64,000 nucleotides of DNA from Octopus sinensis (GCF_006345805.1 NC_042999.1:77562001-77626000); one strand, 5' to 3'. Positions 37,501 through 52,600 are shown, numbered from the stretch's first letter. The notes: a model not told the origin generated them from the letters alone. Made by a program: numbers and translations.

Positions 37501-40500
37501 GTTGGTGCGCTAAAAAAATCCTCAACGTCTATGTCCTCCACTACGTGTTACAATAATGTTTCTGCTTCCACGTTATCTTCTATTGTTGGTACTGCCTGTG
37601 CATCGAACTAGTTCCTTGTCTCCATCATCCTTTTCTGGATCTCTGGTGGAGAGCTCACACACTCTTTCCTTTTCCTTGTATTCATGACAGTGAATGAGTC
37701 TTCTTTGTCTGTCTCCTTCCGGCACTGCCACTTTGGCACTCTGTCCTTCACACTGTTGCTTATGCTCCTCCTCTTTTTCTTTCTGGAGGCACCTTGCTTT
37801 CATGTGCCCCTTTTGACCACATAAGAAACTTGTTAGTGGTCTGCCTTCTACCACCACTCTTAGCCTAACATCTTCCAGTAGAATAATCTCCTCTGTGATC
37901 TTATGCAAGTCTTTGAGGCTTATTTGTATGGCCATCTCGAGGCCATACCCCCACCAATTAACCTTTTTGGTTCTAGTAATCTTCAAGATTTTAGCTTCAT
38001 CTTTCATTCTGTGCATGACCGCTGCCACCAGCCATGCTTCCTTAATCTTGAGGGCACTCTGTTGATTGTTACTCTGGTGATGCATTTGCCACAGTATGTT
38101 GGCAGAAGTACCCATTCCTGTGTCCTTATCAGCACAGTGGAGTGGATTACTGTGTTCTCTTCATTGGCAAACCTTACCCCCACTGTGCCGTACTTCCTTC
38201 CACACGTATAAAAGGTGGTAAGCCTCCTTATGTCTTTGAGGCATTCCTCCATTGCCTCAATTTTTGCAATCTCTATCCCTTTAGAGGACGTGGATAGCGT
38301 TCTGTATACCACCCTCCTCTTTGTCACATTATTAGTCAATTCCTCCAGTGGGGTCAGCCTCAAACTGGCTCCTTCATTTTCTATCAATTTACTGCCCTCC
38401 TTCCACTTTCTGGGCTTCATCTTGATATCTTGTCTTCAAAAATATAATTTAAAAAAATGTGAGTAGGAGCATCAGGTTGTACTGTCCATGAATTTCAGGA
38501 AGCATGGAAGTTTTGAAAGATGTAATGTTTTGACAGCCAACAACTGATACAGGTAATTTATTCCAGGCTTCAGCAATTCTGAATAAATTCTGAATTATGT
38601 GCAATAAATTGGTCATACTTCCCCAAATCACCAAATATTTTAGCATTTATTAAATACAATCCCTAATATTATTTAATTATAATAATAATAATAATAATAA
38701 TTGTGTACAATTATTATAATAATTATATAATTGTGTACAATTATTATAATAATTGTATAAAAATATAATAAAAGTTTTTTAAACATTGAATAGTTATAAG
38801 GGTCCATCCAAGTAAAATAGGAATGAAAGGGACCCATAGGTAAAAGATGGTTGAGAACCACTGCTTTAAATGATGTGTGCTTATAATATGTGGTTCATTT
38901 GTATTTTTTTGGTTTAAGGGGACATTGAAGCTTGAGACCTTGTCGATTTTCTCCTCAGTCAATGATATATCACCAGAACAAAGAGTCTGACAAGAATACA
39001 AGCTCTTGTTCATAGGAATCAACAAACAAATTATTTGCTGATGTGTAAACATGCTCCAATCAGATTCATCTATGGTGGGGTTGCTTTGACTGAGGAGACA
39101 CAAAGCTGAAACTTCATGGTGACTCAAATTCCTCTTGCATCAATGAAGTGATTAATTGCGTGTGTAATAAATACACATCAGAAGTGAGGAGGCATTGTCT
39201 GATGATGAACAAACAACAGCAATCAAAAATATGTCTTCAAATCTACAAGAATGAATTAATAATGAATAAATACATTATTAACATTAGTTTCAAATTTCGG
39301 CACAAGGCCATCAATTTTGATTATATCAACCCCAGATCTCAGCTGGTACTTATTTTATTGATCCTGAAAAGATGAAAGGATATAGTCTCCCATGGCAGAA
39401 TTTGAACTCAGATACATTGTTAATATTTTTAACTGTTTTACATTAATTTTTCCTTGTTTGCATGGTTTATTGCTACACTTTTAGTCATGGATGGGTGAGT
39501 TTCTTACACAACACATTGTGAGATTGTTTAATTTCACTTCCTTAATTATATATATTCTATTTTATTGCAGCCTTTAGCGTCTGAAGTTGAAGAATGGTTT
39601 AAACTATGTTTTGGAAAGTTGAAAACCCTCACACCAGATGAGTCTAACGCGCTAGAAGGTGGTTGTCTTCCTTTGCTCAGTTTGGTTGCTGTTATGGAGC
39701 AGGTAAGACTCTTTTCCGAGCATTTTCTTTGTATTGCACTTGTGCATTTATTTCTTTGTTGTAGACTCTGTATATTTATTGTTTTAAGAAGCTTGCATCA
39801 ACCTGAAGATAATATGGAAGACATTTGCCTAAGGTGCCGTAGTGGGATCAGTTTGCAATCACAGAACCATGTGACTGCAAATTGAAATGATGCATGAAGA
39901 TATGGATATGGAAGAAGGTCAAAAAATGCTTGGAGCAATGTCCCTCCAAAAAATAAGTGAGATTTGGAATTTGTCTAAGTATTATGAAGAAACAATGAAA
40001 ACATGCCAGAAAAGGTCTCACAACTTAACATTAGGTTCATGCCTTTGTCATTTCATGCAGAAGACATGGCTGAATGGTTAAGAAGCTTGGTTTATAACCA
40101 TATGGTTTTAGGTTTGATTCCACTTGGGTATCTTCTTCTATAGCCCAAGATTGACCAGTGCCCTGTGAGTGAAATTTGGTTGACAGAAAGGATATAGAAG
40201 CCTGTTGTGTGTGTTTATTATTTGGGTCCTCAATGTTTAGTGTCCACCTCATATTCTTGTGAGATTCATTGGTCCAGTGGAGCAGCTTTGACCGAGGAAA
40301 TACTCAACCTGGTTGAAATACTATAGTGTCTCAAAGTCCTCTTAAACTGGTGAACTAGTGTATCATCTGTGTTTTGAACGCACACTATCTGAAAAGATAG
40401 ATGTATTCTCCACTGGCAAACAAATTTATTTATGTTTACACACACACTCACACACACACATACACACACACACACTCTCTCTCTCACACACACACACACA

Positions 40501-40762
40501 CAACACACACACACACACACATGTAACCATCATTATTGTTTTATGTCCACTTTCCATGCTGGCATGGGTTAGATGGGTTGCCATGGTCAGAGTTAGCATG
40601 TATTTGAGGGGTACTGCTCATCTAGATGGGTCAGGTGACCTCACTTTGCTTGTGATTAAGCTTTGGCTTGATTTCTTTGATTGGATGCCAAAAATGAAAG
40701 ACAAGGGAGATAAGTTTCTCTGACTTGTCATGTACACTAACACAAGTGCACATATAGTCATT

Positions 40763-40800
<38 letters not shown>

Positions 40801-40846
40801 TATAATATATATATATATATGTATGTCATTCATACATATATACATA

Positions 40847-40913
<67 letters not shown>

Positions 40914-40915
40914 GT

Positions 40916-40947
<32 letters not shown>

Positions 40948-42732
40948 CATACATGCATATCATCATCATCATTAAATGTCCACCTTAAATGATGATATAT
41001 AGCAGTTACCTGCCCTTCACTCTGGTCTGTACTGTATTCAAATGTATTCATATGGCATCTATCGTAATGCCCATGTGTCAGATTGTAGCTAAAGGCTGCG
41101 AGTCACCACTCTTCATGAAAAAGGTTCTAAATTCTAACCTGAGTTGTCATTGCTTTGATGTCTCCTGTTCTCTGGAGCAAGCATTTCTGGCTGCGATACT
41201 TTTTGTTCTATTAACATCTGTTCTCTTAAATGGGCCTTTCTATCAGCTTGAAGCTCCAACCTCAATTGTTTCTGCTCTGGTGTTTCTTGTTCCCTCAAGC
41301 GGGCTTTCCTGGTTGATTCAAACTGAAGTGTTACTTCCTGTTGCTCTTATGTCTCATTGTATTTTGTCATCTCTGAGACTGGTACCTGTCTTGCCTTTCT
41401 TCTTGTGTTTCCTTAGCTGTTTCACTTCTGAACACCAGGCTTCAATTGATTGAAAAGTGTTATGTTGTCTTCTATGCATCATATTGAATGTTCTAAGTAA
41501 AATATTTAATAGGCTAAAAATGATTCGGTGACATTTAGTTCATTTTTTGCTGTTTCTAAATTCAGTCATGTGGCTTTATTTCATCCAACTACCACCTAGC
41601 TTCATAAAAATTGGTCTGGGTGATATGATATGCTTGAGAAGACCTGTTGAGTCAAGTAAAACCAATATCATAGCTGGGGCTGGTGCCCCCTGTCTGGCTA
41701 AGGCAGGTCTGCCTGACTGGCTCCCATGTCGGTGGCATGTAAAAAGCACCAACTAATCGTGACTGATGCCAATACCCATTGACTGGCTCTTGTGCCGGTG
41801 GCACATAAAAAACACCATCAGAACATGATCATTACCAGGCCTGCCTGACTGGCTCCTGTGTCGGTAGCATGTAAAAAGCACCCACTACACTCTCTGAGTG
41901 GTTGGCATTAGGAAGGGCATCCGGCTGTAGAAACTTTGCCAGATCAGATTGGAGCCTGGTGCAGCTGCTGGCTCTTCAGATTTCAGTCAAACTGTCCAAC
42001 CCATGCCAGCATGGAAAACGGATGTTAATCAAGGATGATGATGATGATGATGAAATATATATATATATATATAAAAAGGAAATGAAGAAAATGCTGACAA
42101 AATAATTTAAGTAAGGGAGAGTGTATTTAATTAGGTGAAAGTTCTTTTTACCGGTTGCGCATTTGTTATGCTTATCAAAAGATATTTTTTAAGAGAGATA
42201 GAGTTCCTTTCTGATATATTTTTTTTCTCTTATCTGACTTTATGTTGGGTTTGCTGTCTCTTATATGTGAAAAAAGAGGCTCCAGAGTTGTTTAAGATTT
42301 GCTTGGTTTCGCGCCTAAAATTTCTTATGGACAATGGTCAATACAATTTTGATTGGTCATTATGAAGGGGTCACTTGAATGTTTGAATGGAAGTTGGTGT
42401 TGGGGTAAGAAAATAGGCTCCAGAGATGTTAAAATTTGGTTAGTTTCGCTCCTAAAATTTCTTATTGGTCATAATAAAGAGGTCACGTGGATGTTGTCAT
42501 AATAGAGAGGTCATGTGAATGTTTAGAATGAATTTTGGTGTGGGTGGTGTATGGAGTTTTCGAAAATAGTGTTGTTGAAAATTCTTATTGTTCAGGCTGG
42601 TCAGTAGACGTCATGTGGATATTTTAAATAGCTTTTTAGCAATTAGTTAAGGAGTGTATTTTCCGCTTGACTGAATTTGAGCTGGATAAGTAAGTTCGTT
42701 TAGGACAGGAAGAGCTATATGTATGTGTGCGC

Positions 42733-42766
<34 letters not shown>

Positions 42767-43537
42767 ATATGTATGTTGGGGTGCGCGCGCATGTATATAT
42801 GTGTGCGTGTGTGGGTATAAACACACACACACACGCGCGCACACATACATACATATAGCTCTTCCTGTCCTAAACGAACTTGCTTATCCAGCTCAAATTC
42901 AGTCAAGCGGAAAATACACTCCTTAACTAATTGCTAAAAAGCTATTTAAAATATCCACATGACGGCTACTGACCAGCCTGAACAATAAGAATTTTCAACA
43001 ACACTATTTTCGAAAACTCCATACACCACCCACACCAAAATTCATTCTAAACATTCACATGACCTCTCTATTATGACAACATCCACGTGACCTCTTTATT
43101 ATGACCAATAAGAAATTTTAGGAGCGAAACTAACCAAATTTTAACATCTCTGGAGCCTATTTTCTTACCCCAACACCAACTTCCATTCAAACATTCAAGT
43201 GACCCCTTCATAATGACCAATCAAAATTGTATTGACCATTGTCCATAAGAAATTTTAGGCGCGAAACCAAGCAAATCTTAAACAACTCTGGAGCCTCTTT
43301 TTTCACATATAAGAGACAGCAAACCCAACATAAAGTCAGATAAGAGAAAAAAAATCTATCAGAAAGGAACTCTATCTCTCTTAAAAAAATATCTTTTGAT
43401 AAGCATAACAAATGCGCAACCGGTAAAAAGAACTTTCACCTAATTAAATACACTCTCCCTTACTTAAATTATTTTGTCAGCATTTTCTTCATTTCCTTTT
43501 TTTATATATCACAACTCGTGTTCCACATCTCCTTTTT

Positions 43538-43606
<69 letters not shown>

Positions 43607-46600
43607 ATTTGGGGATGATCATGTTGCCAGTTTAGCCATTAAAAACACACGTACTATATATTTGGTGTAATTATTTGTATCTAAAGCATCACCTTTTCTT
43701 TTGTAGCAGTTGACTATAGTGTTGCTACACCAGTCATTGGGTATGACTCCTTCGTGTATCACCTGGTTAACTATACAGGTGACTAGGCTATAGCCAACAC
43801 TGCCAGATATTTTGAGCATCTCTGCAGTGATTCCTGATGGGCCGGTGGCTTTCCCTGTCTTCATACTCTTAATTGCTTTAGCTACCAAGGTACTGTCAAC
43901 TCGGATAGCAGGTCCCTCTGTTGGGTCAACATTCGGCAGACTCTCTTTCTCCCATTCATTTTCTTTATTTAGCAGGCTTTCATAGTGACGTCTCGAAACC
44001 TCTCTCTCTGCAGCCTCGTCTAGTGCAAGTGAACCATTATCCATGTGAACACATTCTCTCTCACACACTGTCTTGCAACATGAAATACCTCAAGTCTTTG
44101 GTCCTCATGGCACTGAACATTGGCAACTATTTTCTTATCTGCTTCCCCTCTGGCTAAATAAACCTGCCTCCTAGCTTCCCTTCTGGCAGTCTGATACAAT
44201 TCCCTGCTACCACCGTTCTTCCAGTCCTTCCAAGCTTGTTTCTTTTCTCTAATAGCCCTGTCAACAACATTGTTCCACCACCATGTTATTTTGGGTCGAG
44301 AGGGGGCTTTGCACCATCCACAGATCTGGTCAGTGGCCCTCAACAGGTTCTCCTGTAGAAACCTCCAGTTGTCTTCTACATTGTGATGTATATATATATA
44401 TATACAGCTCTATAAAGAAGTGCCAATCTCTCAAAGTAGATGAAACACATGGAAGTGGGAGACCCAGGAAAACATGGAATGAAGTACTGAAGAACAGCTT
44501 CAGGATAACGAAGCCTTTCAGGCAAAATGACAAAGGACCGAGGTGCCTGACCCCCTGCTGTACTCAGAAAGACCTGTACTCTGCAGCAGAAATGTATATT
44601 GTTCAGCGAGCATGTGTGTGTATTGTATGATCTAATAGAGGTATATGCAAGTGCATGTACTTGTAAGTTTTCAAAGGGGTAGTGTATGGGTGTGGAGGAA
44701 AGTGAATTAAGAGAATTTTTAGGGTATAAAAGGTAAGGAAATATAAAAATAGATAGAAAATAAGAAATAAGGAGTTATAGGTAATATATTGGTGGTTGTG
44801 AGGGTAAATAAAGGTGAATATTTATGAGGGCAAGGGGAAATTAGAGAATGATGTGGGGGTGAGGTGGGGTGGGATTGTTATTTGTATTTTGAGAATAGGT
44901 TCTAATTAGCCTATAATTGAACTGGGTCTTAGTTTAACATGTATGCAAAGTTCCGTGAAGATTAGTTTGCTGCTATAAGCAGCAAGATGGTAACAGGCAG
45001 ACAGACAAAAATTGTCATTTATATATAAGATATCTCTCTCTATATAAACGCCAGTTTGTTTGTCTGTGTGTCTGTCAGGTTGTACCCTCACCCTGACCAC
45101 GGCTTTCAACCGATTCTGATGAAACTTAACTCACACATAGCCCAATGTCATAATTCAAAACTAACGCAGCGAAAATTTTGAAAAAGTTCCCCCAGTTCTG
45201 AGAAAAAGTGATAAATTCGACATGGGGTCGAGAATCTAAGCTTTTTATTTGCAACACATTTTCTGTTGTAGTTTTCGCAACTTGCAATCGATTTTCACCA
45301 AACTCATGGTGAAGCTTAATGTTACCCTAAGAAACTTAATTCTGACGTTAGTTTTCCATGCAATACTTTACCATCAGAAAAAATCGATAAAATCATGCCA
45401 TTTTGGGAAATCGCGTTCAAATTCAAGATGACATATTTTCGACAATATCTTTCACAAATTGGCAGGAATTTTTTTAAAATTCACAGCGAGCATCATGTCT
45501 GCTCCAGGGGCTCTTACATACCCGGGCAATGCCGGGCTATGCTGCTAGTGTATATATATGGTTCAAATGTACAGAAAACAAAAGACAAAGACAGGTGAAG
45601 GAACAACAAGCAGGTGTATTAGTTGGTAGTTCAGGATGAGTGGAAAAGTCTTTGATGTTTTGAACCTATGCACTTCAATAGAAAGGGATGAGAAGTAAAA
45701 AATGGAGAAAGAGAGAGAGAGAGAGAAAATGTGTTGGGATTAACAGTTTCATCAAATGAAAAGGCTAGTTGTCTAAAATAATGTAATAATTGATAATCCT
45801 TAGTATGTACTTTTGCTAATTGGGAAAAAATGTACATATAATCATCATTCTTTTACATTTGCTTTTCCCTATTGACATAGGTTGGACAGTTTCCTAAGGC
45901 AATGTTTTAAGGTTGGATGTCCTTCCTGTTGTCAAGCCTTTTAGTTGTCTTTTATGACATGGAAGGATTCTGTGAGTCTATTCTAAAATTGGGATTGACT
46001 ACAAAAATTTAGAGGGAATTTTGCTTACTATCTATTGTACTATAGGAGCACATTTTGAAGGCACTTCCTTTATATAGTGTAGTACAAGTCAACCTGGTAG
46101 AACCCACCCATCTTTAACAACAACCATGTGTAGAACCTGTTTTCAGTGTAGCAAACTGAGACAACCAGGTTCATGTACTTTAATGCAATGCTTGTAGGAG
46201 TGGTCACTGCATCACATTAGCTTCATAACTTTTGTACTGTGTAATCTCATGATGTAAATGTTCCAGATATATTTTGGTATATCTCTAAAATGTCTCTAAG
46301 ACATTCATTCTACTCTTTTTCAGCACTGTATTGAACAACTTTTGAATTACCATATGAACTGCTTTGAAAGCATTGGATTCACACACCACCAGGTAAATAT
46401 TAATAGTTCATTATTATCTAGTTGGACACTTTTAGGTGCAGGAGTGGCTGTGTGGTAAGTAGCTTGTTTACCAACCACATGGTTCCGGGTTCAGTCCCAC
46501 AGCGTGGCACCTTGGGCAAGTGCCTTCTACTATAGCCTCAGGCCGACCAATATATATATGCATGTGTGTGTTTGTGTGTCTGTGTTTGTCCCCCTAGCAT

Positions 46601-49600
46601 TGCTTGACAACCGATGCTGGTGTGTTTATGCCCTCGTTACTTAGCGGATCGGCAAAAGAGACCGATAAAATTAAGTACTGGGCTTACAAAAGAATAAGTC
46701 CCGGGGTCGAGTTGCTCGATTAAAAGGCGGTGCTCCAGCATGGCCGCAGTCAGATGACTGAAACAAGTAAATGAGAAATGAGAGAATGAGTTTTTCATAT
46801 ACGTGAGACTATTGTTTGTATACATGTTATCCTTGCATACAGGCATGTACCCTACATCCCTCTTCAGCTCATGGGTGCTGGTGCCATGTAAATGTGCCTG
46901 TGCCGGTGCTACATAAAAGCATCCAGTACACTATGTAAGGTGGTTGGTGTTAGGAAGGTCATCCAGCTGTAGAAATCATGCCAAAACAGACATGGAATCT
47001 AACCAGCTCCTGTCAAACTGTCCAACCCATGCCAGCATGGAAAATGGATGTTAAATAATACTTATGAAATGATGATGATGCTAGTGCTAGTGCACTGTCT
47101 TAAGTCTGTAGCATTCAGATTACTCTGTTAAATGCAACATATATTTATTCACATTGAATTAATCATGCATTATCTTGTAGCTTTGAGATTTCACTGATGT
47201 AATTATTTATGTTTTGAAGGACATTGTCAGGTAGGTGAAAGGCCAGATGGGGCCAGTTTAAACATGGAACAGATGAAATATTTTGGACTGTATATGACTG
47301 GTTTAAATGCTAAAGGGTTAATGAAAGCATGTTCGCACATCATCACCATCACCATCATTTAACATCTGTTTTCCATGCTGGTATGGGTTGGACAGTTTGA
47401 CAAGAGCTGACCAGCTGAAGGGTTGTTCAGGCTCCCTGTCTGTTTTGGCATGGTTTCTACTGCTGAATGCTGTTCCTAATACAAACCACTTTACAAAGTG
47501 TACTAGGTGCTTTTATGCAGTACTGGCATGGGTGCTTTTTATGTGACACCAGCACCTATGTGCTTACAAGATTGGGGTTGCTCAGCTGGCTTGGGTTGTA
47601 GGGGACAAGCCTGTATGCAAGGGCAGCCATGCTTTTACTTAACTTGACATGTCTTTTCAAGTACAGCAAACTGCCAGGAGTCTTGGTTCCCTGTCATCCC
47701 CTTTGTGAGTCACCTTCAACAAGAGACCCTTTCCTATCAACATTTGGCATAAGTCACCTGCAATATCACGCCCTCCTCAGCCAAGAGGTCTTGTTTTTGA
47801 TTACTTGATGACCATAATAGTGACATAAAAAAGCACTCAGTACACTCTGTAAATGGTTAGCATTAGGAAGGGCACCCAACTGTAGAAGCCATAGAGTCCT
47901 TTGGCTTGTTGGATCCTATCAAATTATCTAACTCATGCCAGTATGGAATATAGACACTAAGTGATGATGATAGTGTTTTTTTATACTTAATGCTTACTTT
48001 TTAAATTTATTTTATGACATATTTGTTTCTATTGCAGGGTAAGTGGATTTTTGCATTATTAACCTGTCTACAGAAACCTCTTACTCCAGAAGCTTGTTCT
48101 GCCATAAGGAATTTGGCAAGGATTTGTGCTCGACTACGGTCATTGATGGTATGTTAATCTGATAATATTACTTCCCAATTTTGGGTTTTCACAAAGTACA
48201 TTACTAGGATTGCTATTATAATTAAGAAAATTGTAATGTAGTTAGACCAGTTTATAATGTTTACATTGTAGAAAGCTAACAAATGTGAATACATTTTATT
48301 AACCGCCAATCCCAGGGGAAAACAAGAGATGTTATCTTGATATGTTTCATTTCTTATTGGCCACTTTTTTTGGAGGACATGTACTCCTCATACCTCCGCC
48401 TACAAAGAAAAATAAATACTATACACTATTTAAGTCAAATACAAACTAGGACATGTTTGAAATGGTTTTCGATTAATTTGTACTGTGTGTATTTATCAGA
48501 AATAATTTAAATAATTGATAAGTATTTTATGCATCTATTTTATTCTACTTTATTCTAATATTTGGTAATCCAGTCTCTTTGTTCCCTTGCCCTCTCATTT
48601 ATTTCCAAATTCTCTTTCTCATTCAATGATGTGCACAAAACCTCTACTTTTCTCTTGTGTCTATCTAGAAAGTGTGAGTCCTGATGTGTGTCTATGTGGT
48701 GCTTGTTTTTGTATTATTTTGTTTGGATTAATTGTTAATTCTTTAGCCATTGTGTGTCAGTATACATGTATTATATGCGATTCTTTATGTTGACATCAGT
48801 GACATGGATTTTCCCTGTTTAAGTTGTGTGTATTTTATGGAACACAACTATACCATCAGTGACACCACAGGTACCAACTATCTTTAGATTGTGGATAATA
48901 AAGTGCGATATTATCTCTGATGAGATTTGAATTCAAAGTGTAGTAGGGTGAGGGAGTGACAATGAAAATAAAATATTAGTTTATTTTAAGTGGTACAATG
49001 ATTGTGAGATGAATGTACTAGGTTATTGGGATCTTTTCGGTTTGAACGGCAGTTTTTAACATAATTTCTAGGTAACTAAAAAATTTTAAACTTCGTATAC
49101 TGGTAGAATGTGTTTATAAAACATCTTTTTCTCTTGACTTTATTGAGAAAATTCTATAGTTTGTAAGATATTTGTTGTTTTTTTTCTTCAATTTCTGCAA
49201 TTTCAACCAATCACTGATATCTACTGAGGTAAAAAAACATTCTGTGCTGTATGAATATGTCCCTCATTTAAGAAACAGATTGGGTTTATTTACATTTGTG
49301 AAGAAAAAAAAAGATACCCTTCCCACCACCCTAACCCTAAAACAGATTGAAATGCAATAGATCGATACTAGGGTCATAATTATGGGTGATAATTTCATAT
49401 GACACCGCAAGAAAAAACTACCGTTCAAACCGAAAAGATCCGGTTATTGATTATGTGGTTATAAGTCTCTCTTATTTCCTCCACTGGGTGGTGATTATGA
49501 AACTAATAGTGGAAACAGGGCCAGAATGTGAACACTCCTGTTGTAAATCCTTACCCCATCAAGCATAAGTTGAATCTACAGCCATTATCTGTCTGAGCAA

Positions 49601-52600
49601 GGAACCTAATTATGCTTGCTTGACTATAATCATTAAGATAATGATGTTTGTTCTCATCACTGTTGGTGTGATTTTAATGTATTACAACTTTTTGGCTCAC
49701 TATATTTAGGATGTTAGCACCTGCTTTACTATTAGTTTTTCATGCAACAGACTTTCTGAGTATTTTTCACCTGTCATTCTTTCATGCCACTCAGTGTTCA
49801 TTCATGGACATATCTACTCTAGTCATTAAATGATCTAACAATATAGCTAGACTGTGCTTCATCAATTAGTTCTAATAAGACTGAAGCATGTGATCTTTAG
49901 CGTACCGCTAAAGATCATACTCATTCCCCTCTATTCTATATGTAATTAATTTAAATTTAAACCAAGCTTTCCTCTCATGTCTTTCTTAACTGGAATTGGT
50001 CATTTACACATTACTACATAGTGTCCCAAAACTGGACAGTCAGAAAATTAAGCAATATAGAATATTTTATTGGTTGTAAATTAATCTATGATATTATTTC
50101 ACTTGTCATGACATTCATGTGTTTGAGAGTTACACTTTTAAACAACACTTAGAATGAAAATGTTGACATAATAATAAAAGTCTTTAATGTAAGGAAATAA
50201 GTTTGAGTGTTAAGCTTTAAACGACCTTAACTGTGGAATATAATTAAAGATATTTAACAAAATGAAACTGTAATGATGATCTATAAATTTGTGCATCAAA
50301 ACAGAAATATGGAATTTCATAAAACCAATGATTTCCACTGATCCTACTAGTTGTGATTTAAAGTAAAATGAAAATTATACTTTATGCATTAAATGATTAA
50401 GATAATGCTACTTTTCTCCTCACTGTGTGTGTAATTTAAAATAAAAGTTTTTACCTTACTGCATCTTGCTTTATTGATATGAAGCATATATTTCTTAGTT
50501 GAGCTTGTTAATTGTAGTAAGAGAATATAGTTGTAAAGTCTTTTACTCCAATAAATTTTTCCCTCTTTAAGATGGCAGCATATAGTTTGAAATGTACTCT
50601 ACTTGAAATAAGTGCTGAGGTATAGCTACTATTGTTGTCCTATGAAGTCCATCTTGACTGCCTCTGTTGTAGCCACCACAAGAAGAAACCTTTATGCAAT
50701 TATTAGGCCTGCTAGAAATAGTGTTCAAGTTCCATGCAAAATCACATCCTATCATCTTGAAAATGGAAAGACATATTGGATAATGTAGTCATAGCTACAC
50801 TCCATCTGAAACAACTGGACTGCCTTTGAGTACAGGTCTACTCAATCAAGACTGACTTGGAGGCTAAACAACAAAAATAACCAGATAACCACATACATAT
50901 AAAAAGAAACAGGGCAGTGGAGAAAATGCAACATATCTAAGTTACCATACTCTACTCCACATGTTAAACTTTTTCATGTTGGAATAACCAGTATAATCCT
51001 TTATTAGACTGAGACATGCATATCTAAAGTATTGAATTTGTGCTTTAGTGACTGTCTACTTGCTATGATCAAGGCTGACTAGGAAAGTGGTTACTCAATG
51101 ACAGTGACTAATAAAAAAAAAAATTAATCTACACTAATAGATGAGGTAAAATTGCTTGTTATTAGCTAATTTAAAAAAAGATTCTTTTAGATATTGATTT
51201 CTTTTTTAGTAATCACAAAACCAGATATTTTAGGAGGTAACATTATAGTCAAATGAATTGAGCTTAGTATAGCGTCCGCTTTCCATGCTAGCATGGGTTG
51301 GACGGTTCAACTGGGGTCTGGGAAGCCTGAAGGCTGCACCAGGCCAATCAGATCTGGCAGTGTTTCTACAGCTGGATGCCCTTCCTAACGCCAACCACTC
51401 CGAGAGTGTAGTGGGTGATTTTATGTGCCACCAACACAGGTGCCAGACGAGGCTGGCAGACAGCCACACTCGGATGGTGTTTTTTATGTGCCACCGACAC
51501 AGGTGCCAGACGAGGCTGGCAGACGGCCACGCTCGGATGGTGTTTTTTATGTGCCACCGACACAGATGCCAGACGAGGCTGGCAGACGGCCACGCTCGGA
51601 TGGTGTTTTCTTATGTGTCACCGACACAGGTGCCGGACGAGGCTGGCGAGCGGCCACGCTCGGATGGTGTTTGTTACGTGCCCTCAGCACGGAGGCCAGT
51701 CGATGCGGTGCTGGCTACGGTCATGTTCGGATGGTTTTCTTGTGTGCCACCGGGATGCAAGTTCCATTGATGTTCATCTATTTTGGTTTGATTTGATTTG
51801 ATTTGATTTGATTTGATTTGATTTTCACTTGCCTCAACAGGTCTTCACAAGTGTCACAAGAAGGAAGGTATGCACAGGTGGACTGACTACGTCCCAGGTA
51901 GGGGCCACGGGTTATGGCTTCACTAGCCTTGCCGGGTCTTCTCACGCACAGCATACTTCCATAGGTCTTGGTCTCTAGTCATTTCCATGGTGAGACCTAA
52001 CGTCCGAAGGTCGTGCTTCACCACCTCGTCCCAGGTTTTCCTGGGTCTACCTCTTCCACGGGTTCCCTCAACTGCTAGGGCTTGGCACTTTCTCACACAC
52101 CTATCTTCATCCATTCTCGCCACATGACCAGACCAGCGCAATCGTCTCTCTTGCACACCACAACTGATGCTTCTTAGGTACAACATTTCTCTCAAGGTAC
52201 TAACGCTCTGTCGAGTAAGTACACTGACATTACACATCCATCGGAGCATACTGGCTTCATTCCTCACGAGCTTACGCATTGTCCTCAGCAGTCACGGCCC
52301 ATGTTTCACTGCCATGTAGCATAGCTGTTCGTACACATGCATCATACAGTCTGCTTTTACTCTGAGCGAGAGGCCTTTAGTCACCAGCAGAGGAGGTAAG
52401 AGCTCCCTAAACTTTGCAGGCTATCTTATTCTAGCAGTACACTTTCAGCGCACCCACCCCACACTACTGACTTGGTCACTAGATAGCGGAAGCTATCAAC
52501 TACTTCTAGTTTTTTCCCCCGGAAAGTGACGGAAGTTGTTTTCTGCAGATTTTCGGAGGTCAATACTCCCGAGCATCTGCCACATACAAAAACTATCTTC

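Noticed and set aside
37201-38466. Plus-strand hydrophobic ORFs (37201-37611, 37903-38211, 38215-38466)
   Set aside because: Antisense to the Lys/Glu-rich ORF1 relic; the hydrophobicity is a by-product of the complementary codons.
43620-44590. Opposite-orientation RTE pieces suggesting a twin-priming 5' inversion
   Set aside because: The two pieces come from distant parts of the element and are separated by a (TA)n tract; independent fragments are more parsimonious.
51419-51670. Regular 63-bp repeats resembling a CRISPR array
   Set aside because: Whole units repeat with no unique spacers, there are no cas genes, and the context is eukaryotic; these are RTE 3' UTR subrepeats.
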